Below, one piece after another: positions 21,050 to 30,424 of a DNA stretch of 40,048 nt. The notes under the pieces were generated by a model that was given only the letters and a program-made list of their open reading frames with translations, was not told where the DNA came from and did not search any database. The stretch is from Promethearchaeota archaeon (lineage in GTDB: Archaea > Asgardarchaeota > Lokiarchaeia > Sigyniarchaeales > SOKP01): assembly GCA_013375475.1 (NCBI GenBank), contig JABXKD010000030.1, positions 1 to 40,048 of the forward strand, read 5' to 3'. The position numbers were made by a program, and so were the translations under genes. The first letter of the stretch is position 1, and every line of letters begins with the position of its first letter.

Positions 21050-21081
21050 AGTTGCAGAAAAAAGTTCAAAAAGCTGCAACT
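21050..21081 (-). terminator. Inverted repeat downstream of thyA, possible terminator
   Basis: AGTTGCAG (21050-21057) and CTGCAACT (21074-21081), ending 16 nt past the thyA stop. Confidence 0.4.
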
Positions 21082-21097
21082 TAAATTCAATAACTAT

Positions 21098-22105
21098 TTA
21101 TTTTTGTTCTAATAACTCAATTACGTCCTCAGGAAATTCTTCTCCTTTATTTTTCATTCTGTTAAACATGTCTTTAACTTCAGATATAGTATTACCGTAA
21201 ATGTGCAAAGAATTACTAAAATCTAAGTAATGTCCCATTTCCAACCCAAGTTGATCGGCAACGTACTTTTGGATTCGAATCATACCATTTACATTAGCTT
21301 CCCAAGCTCTAAATAAATCTCTACTCCTCCAAGTTGTTTGCATAAGTAATTTATCTTCTTTCACTCTCATGTAAATTCTCTGGAGACAAGGAGGATCAAT
21401 GTGAAATGGATCGACAAGAGGACGCCAAGTTATAGCTTGAGCTCTCCGTGTATAAGGTTTTTCTTTTAGCTTTCTAATTATGTATTCTATTTGATCTATT
21501 TTTGGAAAATTTATTATCTCAATAGGTATTTTTTGAATTCCTACCTGGTCTGGTATTTTTTTATTAAGATTAAAATCTACTAAATGTTTTAATTTCCAAG
21601 TTATAGTCTCCTCCGAAATATCAATCTTCCCCGCTTTCAATAGTTTTTTATGCTCTTTTACGAAGTTATTATCAACGAATTCTAAGTCATAATTGACATG
21701 AATAGAATCCTCCAAGGAATAAGGTGTATAATTGAAAATTCTATCGTGATATGAATATGGAAAGCTCGTTTCAGAATCCCATAAATAATGATCGTTTGTG
21801 CCCTCCATGATCTCTTCAATATAACCACTTTGTATAGAACCTATCAAGTAAGTATCAGCCATACAACCATACACTTCGAAGGAATTTCCGTATTTTGAGT
21901 TGATATTCACAACCTTACCTTTCCTAGAAATAGGATCGCTCATTGGGTTCTCTATTTCGATTAATACAGTTGCATCTTTAGAGGGAGGATCTTCCTCTTT
22001 ATCGTATTCTGTTCTAATGTCATCTCCATTGTATAAAACTTGAGCTACGGCTGAAAGCCAAGCGTCCCGAACTGTTTTTTTAGAAATATATATTACTTGA
22101 GCCAT
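21098..22105 (-). CDS. thyA: Thymidylate synthase, archaeal ThyA type, with an internal insertion
   Basis: YSYHDRI, DQIEYII, TRRAQAITW, catalytic PPCL, RSRD, WEAN, SLHIY. Confidence 0.88.
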   Translation of the reverse strand: MAQVIYISKKTVRDAWLSAVAQVLYNGDDIRTEYDKEEDPPSKDATVLIEIENPMSDPISRKGKVVNINSKYGNSFEVYGCMADTYLIGSIQSGYIEEIMEGTNDHYLWDSETSFPYSYHDRIFNYTPYSLEDSIHVNYDLEFVDNNFVKEHKKLLKAGKIDISEETITWKLKHLVDFNLNKKIPDQVGIQKIPIEIINFPKIDQIEYIIRKLKEKPYTRRAQAITWRPLVDPFHIDPPCLQRIYMRVKEDKLLMQTTWRSRDLFRAWEANVNGMIRIQKYVADQLGLEMGHYLDFSNSLHIYGNTISEVKDMFNRMKNKGEEFPEDVIELLEQK

Positions 22106-22267
22106 ATTCTTAAACCTTTATATAATCACTAAAATTCTTATTTTGATAATATTAGAATCTAATTGTTAAAACCTTAACAAAACTAATTTTATTACGTTAG
22201 GTATAATCCTAATTAAATTGAAGGATGCTAATTGAGTGTATATAATTAAATATTCAATTTTTTATTT

Positions 22268-22301
22268 ATAATTACCAACAAAATTTAATATTGGTAATTA
22301 T
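22268..22301. promoter_or_regulatory. Perfect 11-bp inverted repeat in the divergent thyA / MoaD-like promoter region, putative operator
   Basis: ATAATTACCAA-N12-TTGGTAATTAT. Confidence 0.5.
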
Positions 22302-22345
22302 TTAATCTTCTTAGCATTTTTTAAAAGTTTGGAAGTAGTCTAAAA

Positions 22346-22639
22346 GTGATATCATTAAAGTTAAGGTTTGAACCACCATTTAACGAAATTACGAAAGGCA
22401 CGAACCAAATCATTAAATTCGACCAAGAACTAACAGTTAAGGAATTGTTAGAATTTTTTAAAGAGCACTTTGGCGAAAAATTCTATGAATTACTCTGGGA
22501 CAAGAAAAAGAAGAACGAGTTTAGTTCTTTCCTTTCAATTATCATAAACGGTAGAAGTTATAGGGGTGACAATTTCTTAAAAACGATTTTGAAAGATGGA
22601 GATGACATCGCTTTATTATATCTTTATTTTGGTGGATAG
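22346..22639 (+). CDS. MoaD/ThiS/SAMP family ubiquitin-like protein
   Basis: Beta-grasp pattern, IIINGR...LKDGDDIAL, C-terminal GG. Confidence 0.88.
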   Translation: MISLKLRFEPPFNEITKGTNQIIKFDQELTVKELLEFFKEHFGEKFYELLWDKKKKNEFSSFLSIIINGRSYRGDNFLKTILKDGDDIALLYLYFGG

Positions 22640-22653
22640 TCTTAATAAATAAA

Positions 22654-23685
22654 TTATAGTAATAAGATTAACCACATTCCAAATCCCGTTAAAATTGGGT
22701 TTAAAATGTTGTCTGAAACATGGTTTGCAAAGAAATCGACTAATAAGAATAAAACTGCTGATCCTATTGCCATAAAAAAGATTTTTACAAAACTCACAGA
22801 AATCCAAGTTTGATATATGTTCATCACTATTAAAACAATTAAAAAGGTAGATACGCCCCCGGTTATAAATCCTTCTATTGTTTTGTTAGAATCCTTCTTA
22901 AGGCTATGAGTCCCGTACTTTTTACCTATTAGACAGGCAGCAGCATCGGCACCCGTAGTTATTAATGCAACTGATGCTAAGATCGGAAATGGTGCAAAAA
23001 TGAAGGGTATTAAGGATAAAACCATAGGTGTTGAAGCTACAAAAGTGTTTAACTCCTCAGGTCTCATTGATAAAAACCAGCGTTTAGCCCAGTTTGGAAG
23101 CATATAGAATTTATTTAGGCGCGCAAGATCAGCAACTTGGAACATTATAACAAAACCTAATCCAATTGTAATTATCAACCAATGAGAAAAACTATAATTA
23201 TCTAAATTCCATTGGTTTAAAATGCCTAAATTATCAAGAATAGTTCCTAACGACCAAAAAAAAAGAATGATAAAGGTAGTAAATAAGTGCAAGAATTTCC
23301 TCCCAAATTCACTCTTAAAATCATCAACCCATCTATTCTTCACCTTAGTACAATAATCATTATAGTCCCTTTCGGCCATAATTTCGGGATTTTTTTTAGA
23401 AATTATCGTGTTATAAAGTAAAGTGGTAATCCATACGCTTATTTCAATTAAAAATATTAAAGAAGTTAAAAACCATAAGAAATTTAATGAATCTAATGGC
23501 AGATGTAGGGAATTAGCTTGAAACATAAAAGGAAAAAGGAATCCTGCTATTAAGAATAAGATGGCAATAATTATCTCGTTTAAAAACAGATGGGTTTCGA
23601 TCTTTTCTTTTCTATTTTTTATTACATAGATGAATGTTAAAACGGAATAACCTAGGAAAATCAAAGAAGTTGGTAAATAATTCAT
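22654..23685 (-). CDS. CTP-dependent polyprenol/diacylglycerol kinase family membrane protein (Dgk1/phytol/dolichol kinase-like)
   Basis: RKFLH, GADAAACLIGKKYG, KTIEG, SDNILNP; multi-TM. Confidence 0.85.
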   Translation of the reverse strand: MNYLPTSLIFLGYSVLTFIYVIKNRKEKIETHLFLNEIIIAILFLIAGFLFPFMFQANSLHLPLDSLNFLWFLTSLIFLIEISVWITTLLYNTIISKKNPEIMAERDYNDYCTKVKNRWVDDFKSEFGRKFLHLFTTFIILFFWSLGTILDNLGILNQWNLDNYSFSHWLIITIGLGFVIMFQVADLARLNKFYMLPNWAKRWFLSMRPEELNTFVASTPMVLSLIPFIFAPFPILASVALITTGADAAACLIGKKYGTHSLKKDSNKTIEGFITGGVSTFLIVLIVMNIYQTWISVSFVKIFFMAIGSAVLFLLVDFFANHVSDNILNPILTGFGMWLILLL

Positions 23686-23715
23686 GTTTAAACCTAATAA
23701 TAAGTAATTCTAAAA

Positions 23716-24822
23716 TCAAATCCAGTTTAAAATAATCGTAATATAATTGAGATTAAAAAAATATCGTATAAACAAAAAGATAAGGCTACTTCCGAACGGA
23801 ATTAATAAATTATCAGATACATTGAAAGGTTTATTAGTAAAAACATCAAAAAGAAAGAAAGCAAAAGTGAAAATTAAAGCCCAGTACACACCAATAAACA
23901 AGGTACATATAATAAAACACACAATTACTCCCGCGATGCTTCCTTGCCAAGATTTTTCGTTATTCCATTTTATTTTATTTTTCCCGAATCTTATCCCTAC
24001 CTGGCTGGTTGCCAAATCTGCAAGAGAACTCATTCCTAAAATCGTTAAAAACACCATTGGTGGCGTGATTAAAGCAGCAACCATTTGACCAATTGCAAAA
24101 AAGAGATATGTGCCGTAGCTTCTTTTTTCCTCCTCACATAATAAAGCCCTACAGATGAAATTAAAGGGAAATGCAAACCTTTTAGCTTTTCTAGTAAACT
24201 CATTTGCTATCATAATAAAACAAAACGCATAGAAAAAGAAAAATAAGAGATAATAGAACCACCCTAACGAAAATAAGACCGATCTAATGCTATCTGGTTC
24301 AGTTAATATTCTTAAGAACAAAAGAAACATATTATTATCATCTGGAATCATTCCGATAATTGAACTTGTTAAATCTTTCACAATTATAATTCCTAAGTAC
24401 CAAATGAAGAGTAAACCAATGAAAATTAGAACATGTGGGATTTTCCTGTAAGTATCTACCCTTAATTTACTTCTTTTTTTTGATTTTTCCTCTAACCAGG
24501 TCCAAAACTTTGATAAATCATTGTTCTTAAAAATTTTTTTAAAAAAAAACAGTAGAAATGACGAAATCAAGATTGTTGCTCCAATTATTAGTAATGGGAG
24601 TCCTAAGGAAAGAATAAAGATGGGTATTGTAGTGGAATATAGATCATCATCCTGAAACATTAACAATACGACAATTATAGTAACTACGAAAGTTAAAAAT
24701 AAAGCGCTAAACGCTAACAAATTATTAAGCAATTCTTTCTTAAATGAAAAATGCATATAACAAAATAGCACAACCAAATATGAAAAAAGCATTAATAGAA
24801 ACCAATATAGAAACTCTAACAT
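23716..24822 (-). CDS. CTP-dependent polyprenol/diacylglycerol kinase family membrane protein, second paralogue
   Basis: RKIPH, LADLATSQVGIRFG, KSWQGS, SDNLLIP; multi-TM. Confidence 0.83.
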   Translation of the reverse strand: MLEFLYWFLLMLFSYLVVLFCYMHFSFKKELLNNLLAFSALFLTFVVTIIVVLLMFQDDDLYSTTIPIFILSLGLPLLIIGATILISSFLLFFFKKIFKNNDLSKFWTWLEEKSKKRSKLRVDTYRKIPHVLIFIGLLFIWYLGIIIVKDLTSSIIGMIPDDNNMFLLFLRILTEPDSIRSVLFSLGWFYYLLFFFFYAFCFIMIANEFTRKAKRFAFPFNFICRALLCEEEKRSYGTYLFFAIGQMVAALITPPMVFLTILGMSSLADLATSQVGIRFGKNKIKWNNEKSWQGSIAGVIVCFIICTLFIGVYWALIFTFAFFLFDVFTNKPFNVSDNLLIPFGSSLIFLFIRYFFNLNYITIILNWI

Positions 24823-24905
24823 GTATATTTCAAATTTATAAATTAAATCCTTATATTAATGATAGTGGTTTCATTCTTTAAATAAACTTTTTTACAATTA
24901 CGATC

Positions 24906-25508
24906 ATGAAAAAAATCATATTAGCATCTAAATCTAAGGATCGATCAAAAATACTTAAAAGGTTAAACATTTCTTTTGAAATTTTTAATACACAAATTAA
25001 CGAGAAAGCATATAAAGATCAATATTCTGACCCAATTGAGTTGGTCAAAGAATTAGCTAAAGCAAAAGCATTGAAAACAAGAGATATGTTAAAAAGTGAA
25101 AAGAAAGGAACAGTTATTATTGCTGCTGATACAATTGTGGAATTAAAAGGTAAAGTTATCGGTAAAGCTGAAAATGAAATGGAAGCATTTCAGATACTAA
25201 AGACTCTAACCAATCGCTCTCATAATCTTATCACGGGTATAGCAATAACAGAAATAGATGGTTCTAAAGTTTTAGTTGATTACGATATTACCAATGTTAC
25301 TTTCTTATACTTATCCGATAATGACATTCGGGAATACATTAAAACTGAAGAATGGAAAGGTAGGGCGGGCGCTTATTCTATCAGAGATAGAGCTAGTTTA
25401 TTCGTTAAAGAAATCAAAGGCTCTCCTTCAAATGTTGTCGGCTTGCCAATGCAAAAAATATTTACGATTCTAAAAACAGAATTTAACTTGAATTTATTTG
25501 AAAGCTAG
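24906..25508 (+). CDS. maf: Maf family nucleoside triphosphate pyrophosphatase
   Basis: IILASKS, LAKAKA, IAADTIV, GRAGAY, NVVGLP. Confidence 0.93.
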   Translation: MKKIILASKSKDRSKILKRLNISFEIFNTQINEKAYKDQYSDPIELVKELAKAKALKTRDMLKSEKKGTVIIAADTIVELKGKVIGKAENEMEAFQILKTLTNRSHNLITGIAITEIDGSKVLVDYDITNVTFLYLSDNDIREYIKTEEWKGRAGAYSIRDRASLFVKEIKGSPSNVVGLPMQKIFTILKTEFNLNLFES

Positions 25509-25552
25509 GCTGAAAAGGATACAAGGTAGTATACTTAAAGAAGGTAAAAATT

Positions 25553-25723
25553 TCATTCCATTGAATTTTCCTTCCATAATTTTAAATTTTCGTAAAATAG
25601 CAACATTTTTTCGAGTCTGTTAACCATATTTTCATAGTATTCGTGATCAGCGTATCGATTATTAGCTAAATTTAGAGCTAAAGTTAGATTTTCTTTATAT
25701 TTTACAATTTTATCTTCAATCAC
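25553..25723 (-). CDS. Small hypothetical helical protein, 56 aa (absent from ORF track)
   Basis: GTG start: MIEDKIVKYKENLTLALNLANNRYADHEYYENMVNRLEKMLLFYENLKLWKENSME*. Fills an otherwise empty gap. Confidence 0.55.
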   Translation of the reverse strand: MIEDKIVKYKENLTLALNLANNRYADHEYYENMVNRLEKMLLFYENLKLWKENSME

Positions 25724-25947
25724 ATAGATTTCTCATTTTCTTTGAAATTAAAAATAGAAAAATATCTGGATAATACCGCAAAAGTTCTGAACTAAATAAG
25801 ATAAAGATTAAATAGTAAACCCAGTTATGAAAAATATCATTAAAAATTAGATAATTAAATTTTCTGAAATGAAAATATTAAATGCTTTTATTGGTTAATT
25901 TCTTAATACAATTATTAAAATTAATTAACCTAAAGAATTGATGTAAA

Positions 25948-26295
25948 ATGACTAAACATTACAAAAATGAAGGAATAATGAAAATCTTGACGATTTTAGG
26001 GGCATTAGTGGGATTAGTCTATATTATTAATGGTTTTGCTGTTTTAGCGGGGTACGGTTTTAATTTACCCACCATAGTAAACATTCAGCTTCTAGAAAGA
26101 ATCATTACTTTAATTATTGGACTTGTAGTTGTTGTTTTAACGTTTTTAGTAGCCTGGAAACCGAATAAACCCCTTCCATTTCATTGGCTTATTTTATTAA
26201 TACTTGCAATACTGCTTGTGATTTTTGGCGCAAGTATTTGGGCTTGTGTACTTGTTCTAATCGCGGCTATTATAGGTTTGATTGAAGAATTATAA
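25948..26295 (+). CDS. Small hydrophobic membrane protein (about 4 TM)
   Basis: Long hydrophobic stretches; no motif recognised. Confidence 0.75.
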   Translation: MTKHYKNEGIMKILTILGALVGLVYIINGFAVLAGYGFNLPTIVNIQLLERIITLIIGLVVVVLTFLVAWKPNKPLPFHWLILLILAILLVIFGASIWACVLVLIAAIIGLIEEL

Positions 26296-26347
26296 TTCAT
26301 TCCTAATCTCGAAAAACATATTTTTTTTCTTATTTTTTATTGCACAA

Positions 26348-27226
26348 TTATATATTTGCATTTTTTAAAAAATATGAAACAATTTCTTCCGCTAAATTGA
26401 TTTCTGTAACCTTTTGAAGGGCTGTAAAGCCGGGGATGGAATTTACTTCCAAAACTTGTAAGCCGTTTTCGCTTTCTACGATGTCAACACCTGCTATTTC
26501 TGTTTTCGTTATATTTGCAGCCTTTATGGCTAGGTTAGATAACTCCTTAGAAAGCTCTAAGGGTTCAGATCTTGCTCCGGCGTAAATATTTGTTTTCCAA
26601 TTATCACTTACTCTATACATTCCTGCTATTGCTTCATTTCCTAAAACGAAAATTCTAATGTCTCGATTAGGATGCTCAATAAACTCTTGAAGATAGAAAA
26701 CTTCGTGTAACTGGCTTAATGTATAGAAAACATTTTCTGCAAAACCTTTATCGCTTATTCGTGTAATTCCAACGCCTTTTGAGCCAAAAAGAGGTTTAAG
26801 CACAATATCTCTACCAAGTTCTTCAAAGGAATCTAATGCATCGTTAGCATTTTCGCATATTATTGTTCTTGGTGTTGGGATGTTATGCTTTTCTAAATAA
26901 ATTGAAGTAAGAAATTTGTCGCTCGCAATTTCCAAGGATTCTCTTGAATTAATTAATTTCATTCCGTATTCCTCTATTGCGTTGAGTAAATCGAGTCTAA
27001 AGAAAATCTTTTGGGTGGGTGCAACGCCAAAGCCTCTTACAAGAGCTCCGTATGGATCAAGTTTTTCAAATTGTTTTTGAAACTGGTTAATGTTAATCTT
27101 CACTTTAATCGTTGACGGGATAAAATATTTCACCTTATATCCTCTTGATTCAAACTCTTTAGTTAAAGTTTGAACCTCAGGATCGTCGGGTTTGGGCGTA
27201 ATTATCATAGAATGCATGCTATTCAC
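26348..27226 (-). CDS. RimK family ATP-grasp alpha-L-glutamate ligase
   Basis: DKFLT, VLKPLFGSKGVG, YLQEFI, RDIR, WKTN, GVDI, EVNSIPGF. Confidence 0.92.
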   Translation of the reverse strand: MNSMHSMIITPKPDDPEVQTLTKEFESRGYKVKYFIPSTIKVKININQFQKQFEKLDPYGALVRGFGVAPTQKIFFRLDLLNAIEEYGMKLINSRESLEIASDKFLTSIYLEKHNIPTPRTIICENANDALDSFEELGRDIVLKPLFGSKGVGITRISDKGFAENVFYTLSQLHEVFYLQEFIEHPNRDIRIFVLGNEAIAGMYRVSDNWKTNIYAGARSEPLELSKELSNLAIKAANITKTEIAGVDIVESENGLQVLEVNSIPGFTALQKVTEINLAEEIVSYFLKNANI

Positions 27227-27290
27227 TCATATAAAATTTTTATAATTCAACTGACACTTAATAAATAAATTTAAGTTTTTTAAAAATATA

Positions 27291-27899
27291 TTGAAGTCAA
27301 TGGAATCGAACGATAAAGAAAATGAAACGGAAAAATTAACACGGATACTTTCAATAATTCAGAATCTATACTACAAAAAAAAAGACCAACTAGATGATTT
27401 AAAATTAGAAATCTCTGAAATTCAGTCCGTTTTAAATAGTATAAACTCGTTACTTTCGAATAAATCTTTCTCTAGTGCAGACGAGCTATATTCAAAATCG
27501 CATGCCAAAGAAAAGAAATCTCTAGATGAGTATTTTAATGAAGAAATCTCTGAAGAAACTTTTAAGGGAACAAATATTAAAAGAAAAATCTTCTCAAATC
27601 AAGATCAAGAAGAAGAAAACTTATTATGCGTCCTTAACCTCTACGATTTTAAAAAAGTCGAGATAAAGTTTATCGATCCCGAAATAAGAGGAATACAAGA
27701 AACTTCTGGAAATTTTATCAACATTTTTCTAAAGGGAGCTCTTATAAAAATAAAAGAAAATAATCCTGATTTGAGTATTAGTTATCGGTTTAAGAATATT
27801 GATAAAATTGAATACATTACCATCTCAAATTTAAGCTCAATTGAAGATTATGATTTAATTACCGCAAAAATCCGAGAATTATTAGCTTGTGAAGACTAG
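27291..27899 (+). CDS. Hypothetical protein with N-terminal coiled coil
   Basis: Heptad-like pattern in residues about 15-55; the start may be ATG at 27300. Confidence 0.7.
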   Translation: MKSMESNDKENETEKLTRILSIIQNLYYKKKDQLDDLKLEISEIQSVLNSINSLLSNKSFSSADELYSKSHAKEKKSLDEYFNEEISEETFKGTNIKRKIFSNQDQEEENLLCVLNLYDFKKVEIKFIDPEIRGIQETSGNFINIFLKGALIKIKENNPDLSISYRFKNIDKIEYITISNLSSIEDYDLITAKIRELLACED

Positions 27900-27969
27900 T
27901 CTCTTTAAGATTTATACTAAAACTAAAAGAATAAGGGAAATAAGAATTGTGTAAACACAATTTTGACGA

Positions 27970-28197
27970 TTAATTTTTTCTGGATTTAATAAGAACAATG
28001 ATTCCCACAAAGAAGATAATTAGACCAATAGTGAGTGTTGATATTGCAACAACCATCTCTGCCATTTGAATGACATTAGGGGGCGCGCTAGTGAGTTCAT
28101 ATAGAGGTCTAAATCCAATGATTACAATAGGAATGGTAAAGATGTTGATAGCGGCAACAGCAAATAAAATATAAGCGACAAACCTTTTTACCATCAT
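27970..28197 (-). CDS. Small 2-TM membrane protein
   Basis: Two hydrophobic helices and a basic tail; AAGGT SD; 33 nt downstream of the GTPase gene. Confidence 0.75.
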   Translation of the reverse strand: MMVKRFVAYILFAVAAINIFTIPIVIIGFRPLYELTSAPPNVIQMAEMVVAISTLTIGLIIFFVGIIVLIKSRKN

Positions 28198-28230
28198 GAA
28201 TTACCTTTCTTAAACCAAATTAATACAATT

Positions 28231-28866
28231 TTACTTATTAACGGTTATATTTAACATCATTTCAGCTACGTTGTTATTATACTCTTCAACATCAGCAAAA
28301 TCCTTTACAATCTCTCCACAAGTAACAAAATAGTCGATAATCGAGATTTTTCTTTGATTGAAGAAAGCAGCGATTTTGGTTTTTGCTTCTTCTAATTTCT
28401 TGTCCTTATCTCCTTCAAGTAAATCGACTTTGTTTATACAAACATATATCTTATCGGGGAAAAAGCGAACATCGTTGAAAAATTCAAATTGTTGTTCTAA
28501 TTCACGATCCAAAGAAATTACGGCGATAATTTGCGTAGCTATTCGACTAATTGTTATAATGCCCATCTTTACGACTGCACGTTTTCGATCCCCGCCAGGG
28601 GCAAAGATTGTGTGAGCCTTTCCGGTGCTGTCCTCTCTAAAGACAACTCGATTCGGGTGAATTGTTTTCGTTTCTTTTTGGTTAAGGGAATCTTCTTTAG
28701 TTCCTCCTGGAACGGTTGCTTCGCCAGAAAAATCGGTTTTAACAACGGTACATTTTTTCCCGCCCTTAACTTTTTCTATGTCTCCTACTTTTAAATACCT
28801 CACAAAAAGACGAAGAATACTCGTTTTACCCGCACTTATATCTCCAAGTAATCCAATGTTCACCAT
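28231..28866 (-). CDS. Atypical small GTPase (MglA/Arf-like)
   Basis: G1 GDISAGKTS, variant G3 FAPGG, G4 NKVD, G5-like TCG. Confidence 0.85.
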   Translation of the reverse strand: MVNIGLLGDISAGKTSILRLFVRYLKVGDIEKVKGGKKCTVVKTDFSGEATVPGGTKEDSLNQKETKTIHPNRVVFREDSTGKAHTIFAPGGDRKRAVVKMGIITISRIATQIIAVISLDRELEQQFEFFNDVRFFPDKIYVCINKVDLLEGDKDKKLEEAKTKIAAFFNQRKISIIDYFVTCGEIVKDFADVEEYNNNVAEMMLNITVNK

Positions 28867-28867
28867 A

Positions 28868-29674
28868 TTACAGTTCCTCCGACTCTAATAGTTTATTTAG
28901 TAAGAGTTCATAATCCTCGATTAAATATTGTCCCAGATAAGCGTTATTATGAGCTTCGATGAGAGCGATTAGAACTTCTTTTAAATTTTTCGCTCTGTTC
29001 GCATACTTCTGCAAGTTTTCTGACGTTGGTTCCTCGTCAAATTCTCTTGCTTTTTCTTCAAAGCCAAACTTAGCTCGATCAGGTAATGCATCGAAAAATC
29101 CAAAAGCGGAATAACCTTGATATTGGAAATAAACGAAAAATCTCGTCTTTATATTAGTAATAACTTTCGTTAAGTAAGCCGAAGGATAAATCTCCCCCAA
29201 TATGAGTTCTTCATCTTGTTCGATTACAAAATAGGGAGATATTGGAGATGATTGGCTTCCATACATTTCTTTTGGAGGGAGCGAAATGAAGGGTAATTTT
29301 TCCGATACAATAGCCCACAGGTCTTCCCGCTTCTTCTCTAATAATATGTCTTTAAGCTCTTCAAAAGCGAAGAAGAAATCTGCTTGCAAAGCAAGCAATG
29401 AACTTAGATAAACTGAAAGAGAAGCAAATGTAGCTTCGAGCAGGGGGCGTCTTCCCTCATCAGAGGGTTTTACCACACCCTTCCATGCGCGAAGTCCTGT
29501 GTATACGAATCCTTTTACATCGAAAAAACTTCCAGAAAGGAAGATAAACGAAGGAGGGGCTCCTTTCTGTTCTGTTAAGAGAGTTCTTGACATATTTAAA
29601 AGTGAATCTTCTAGCTTTTTATCGTTAAACTTTGAATGAATGACAGGCATCATTAAAATTTTTTTCTTCGCCAA
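28868..29674 (-). CDS. Hypothetical protein translationally coupled to the GTPase
   Basis: TTG start after a GGAG SD; the stop codon is 1 nt before the GTPase ATG. Confidence 0.75.
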   Translation of the reverse strand: MAKKKILMMPVIHSKFNDKKLEDSLLNMSRTLLTEQKGAPPSFIFLSGSFFDVKGFVYTGLRAWKGVVKPSDEGRRPLLEATFASLSVYLSSLLALQADFFFAFEELKDILLEKKREDLWAIVSEKLPFISLPPKEMYGSQSSPISPYFVIEQDEELILGEIYPSAYLTKVITNIKTRFFVYFQYQGYSAFGFFDALPDRAKFGFEEKAREFDEEPTSENLQKYANRAKNLKEVLIALIEAHNNAYLGQYLIEDYELLLNKLLESEEL

Positions 29675-29996
29675 CTTTCATAAACTCCGATTGTTATACT
29701 AAATAATAAAAAATTCTGAATAATTAATTTTTCGTATTTTAATTAATTAAAATAGTGGAAATGAGAATATTTAAGTATTAATCTAAAAAAGTCATATTAG
29801 AAATAACTAATCACTTGTCTTATTAGTCAAAGTGTTATTCAAAAAATATTTCCCATTGCTGAAATAAAGCAATCCAATTTTTTTTGATCTGAATAATTTG
29901 ACAAAATAGTAAGATTTAAATCATCATCAAGCTTAATCATTAATGCCAAATCTAATTACAAATCAAATCAAATCAAATTACCTAAAGGTGAGAATT

Positions 29997-30323
29997 ATGG
30001 TTATGGTTGTATCTACATCTTGGTTTCCAACAAGTAAATCCGCTGAAGTAGGGAAAAAATATCTTGAAATCATGAAACAATTTCCACAGGATAAAACTAT
30101 ATCAAAAGTTATTGTATCTGTAGGCGTAAGAACAACTCCAGATGGAATGAAAGCCTTTTCGATTTCTGAAATAAAAGAGGGGAAATTAAAGGAATTCATG
30201 GATCTAGCTTACAAGCAAATACTTATCTGGTCTGAAATTGAGGGATATAAAACTGAAATGGAATTTTATATGTCAGGAGCAGAGGCATTACCACTTGTAG
30301 GACTTGTAATGCCTGAATTATAG
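29997..30323 (+). CDS. Hypothetical alpha/beta protein
   Basis: ATG at 29997 lies 5 nt after an AGGTGA SD and is preferred over 29943. Confidence 0.7.
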   Translation: MVMVVSTSWFPTSKSAEVGKKYLEIMKQFPQDKTISKVIVSVGVRTTPDGMKAFSISEIKEGKLKEFMDLAYKQILIWSEIEGYKTEMEFYMSGAEALPLVGLVMPEL

Positions 30324-30338
30324 ATCAAAAATAATTAA

Positions 30339-30352
30339 TTTTTTTTTTTTTT
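30339..30352 (+). terminator. T14 tract, archaeal oligo-U terminator
   Basis: 14 consecutive T starting 16 nt after the 30323 stop, between convergent genes. Confidence 0.55.
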
Positions 30353-30424
30353 AATTAGCTTAAAATTTCTTTAATTTTTCAATATCAAGTTCAAAAATAT
30401 GAGACAATTCTAAATCTTGCAGAC

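Noticed and set aside
29959-29978. (CAAAT)4 repeat in the leader of the 29997 gene
   Set aside because: Short and AT-rich with no supporting context; it mainly explains the spurious 5' extension of the ORF.
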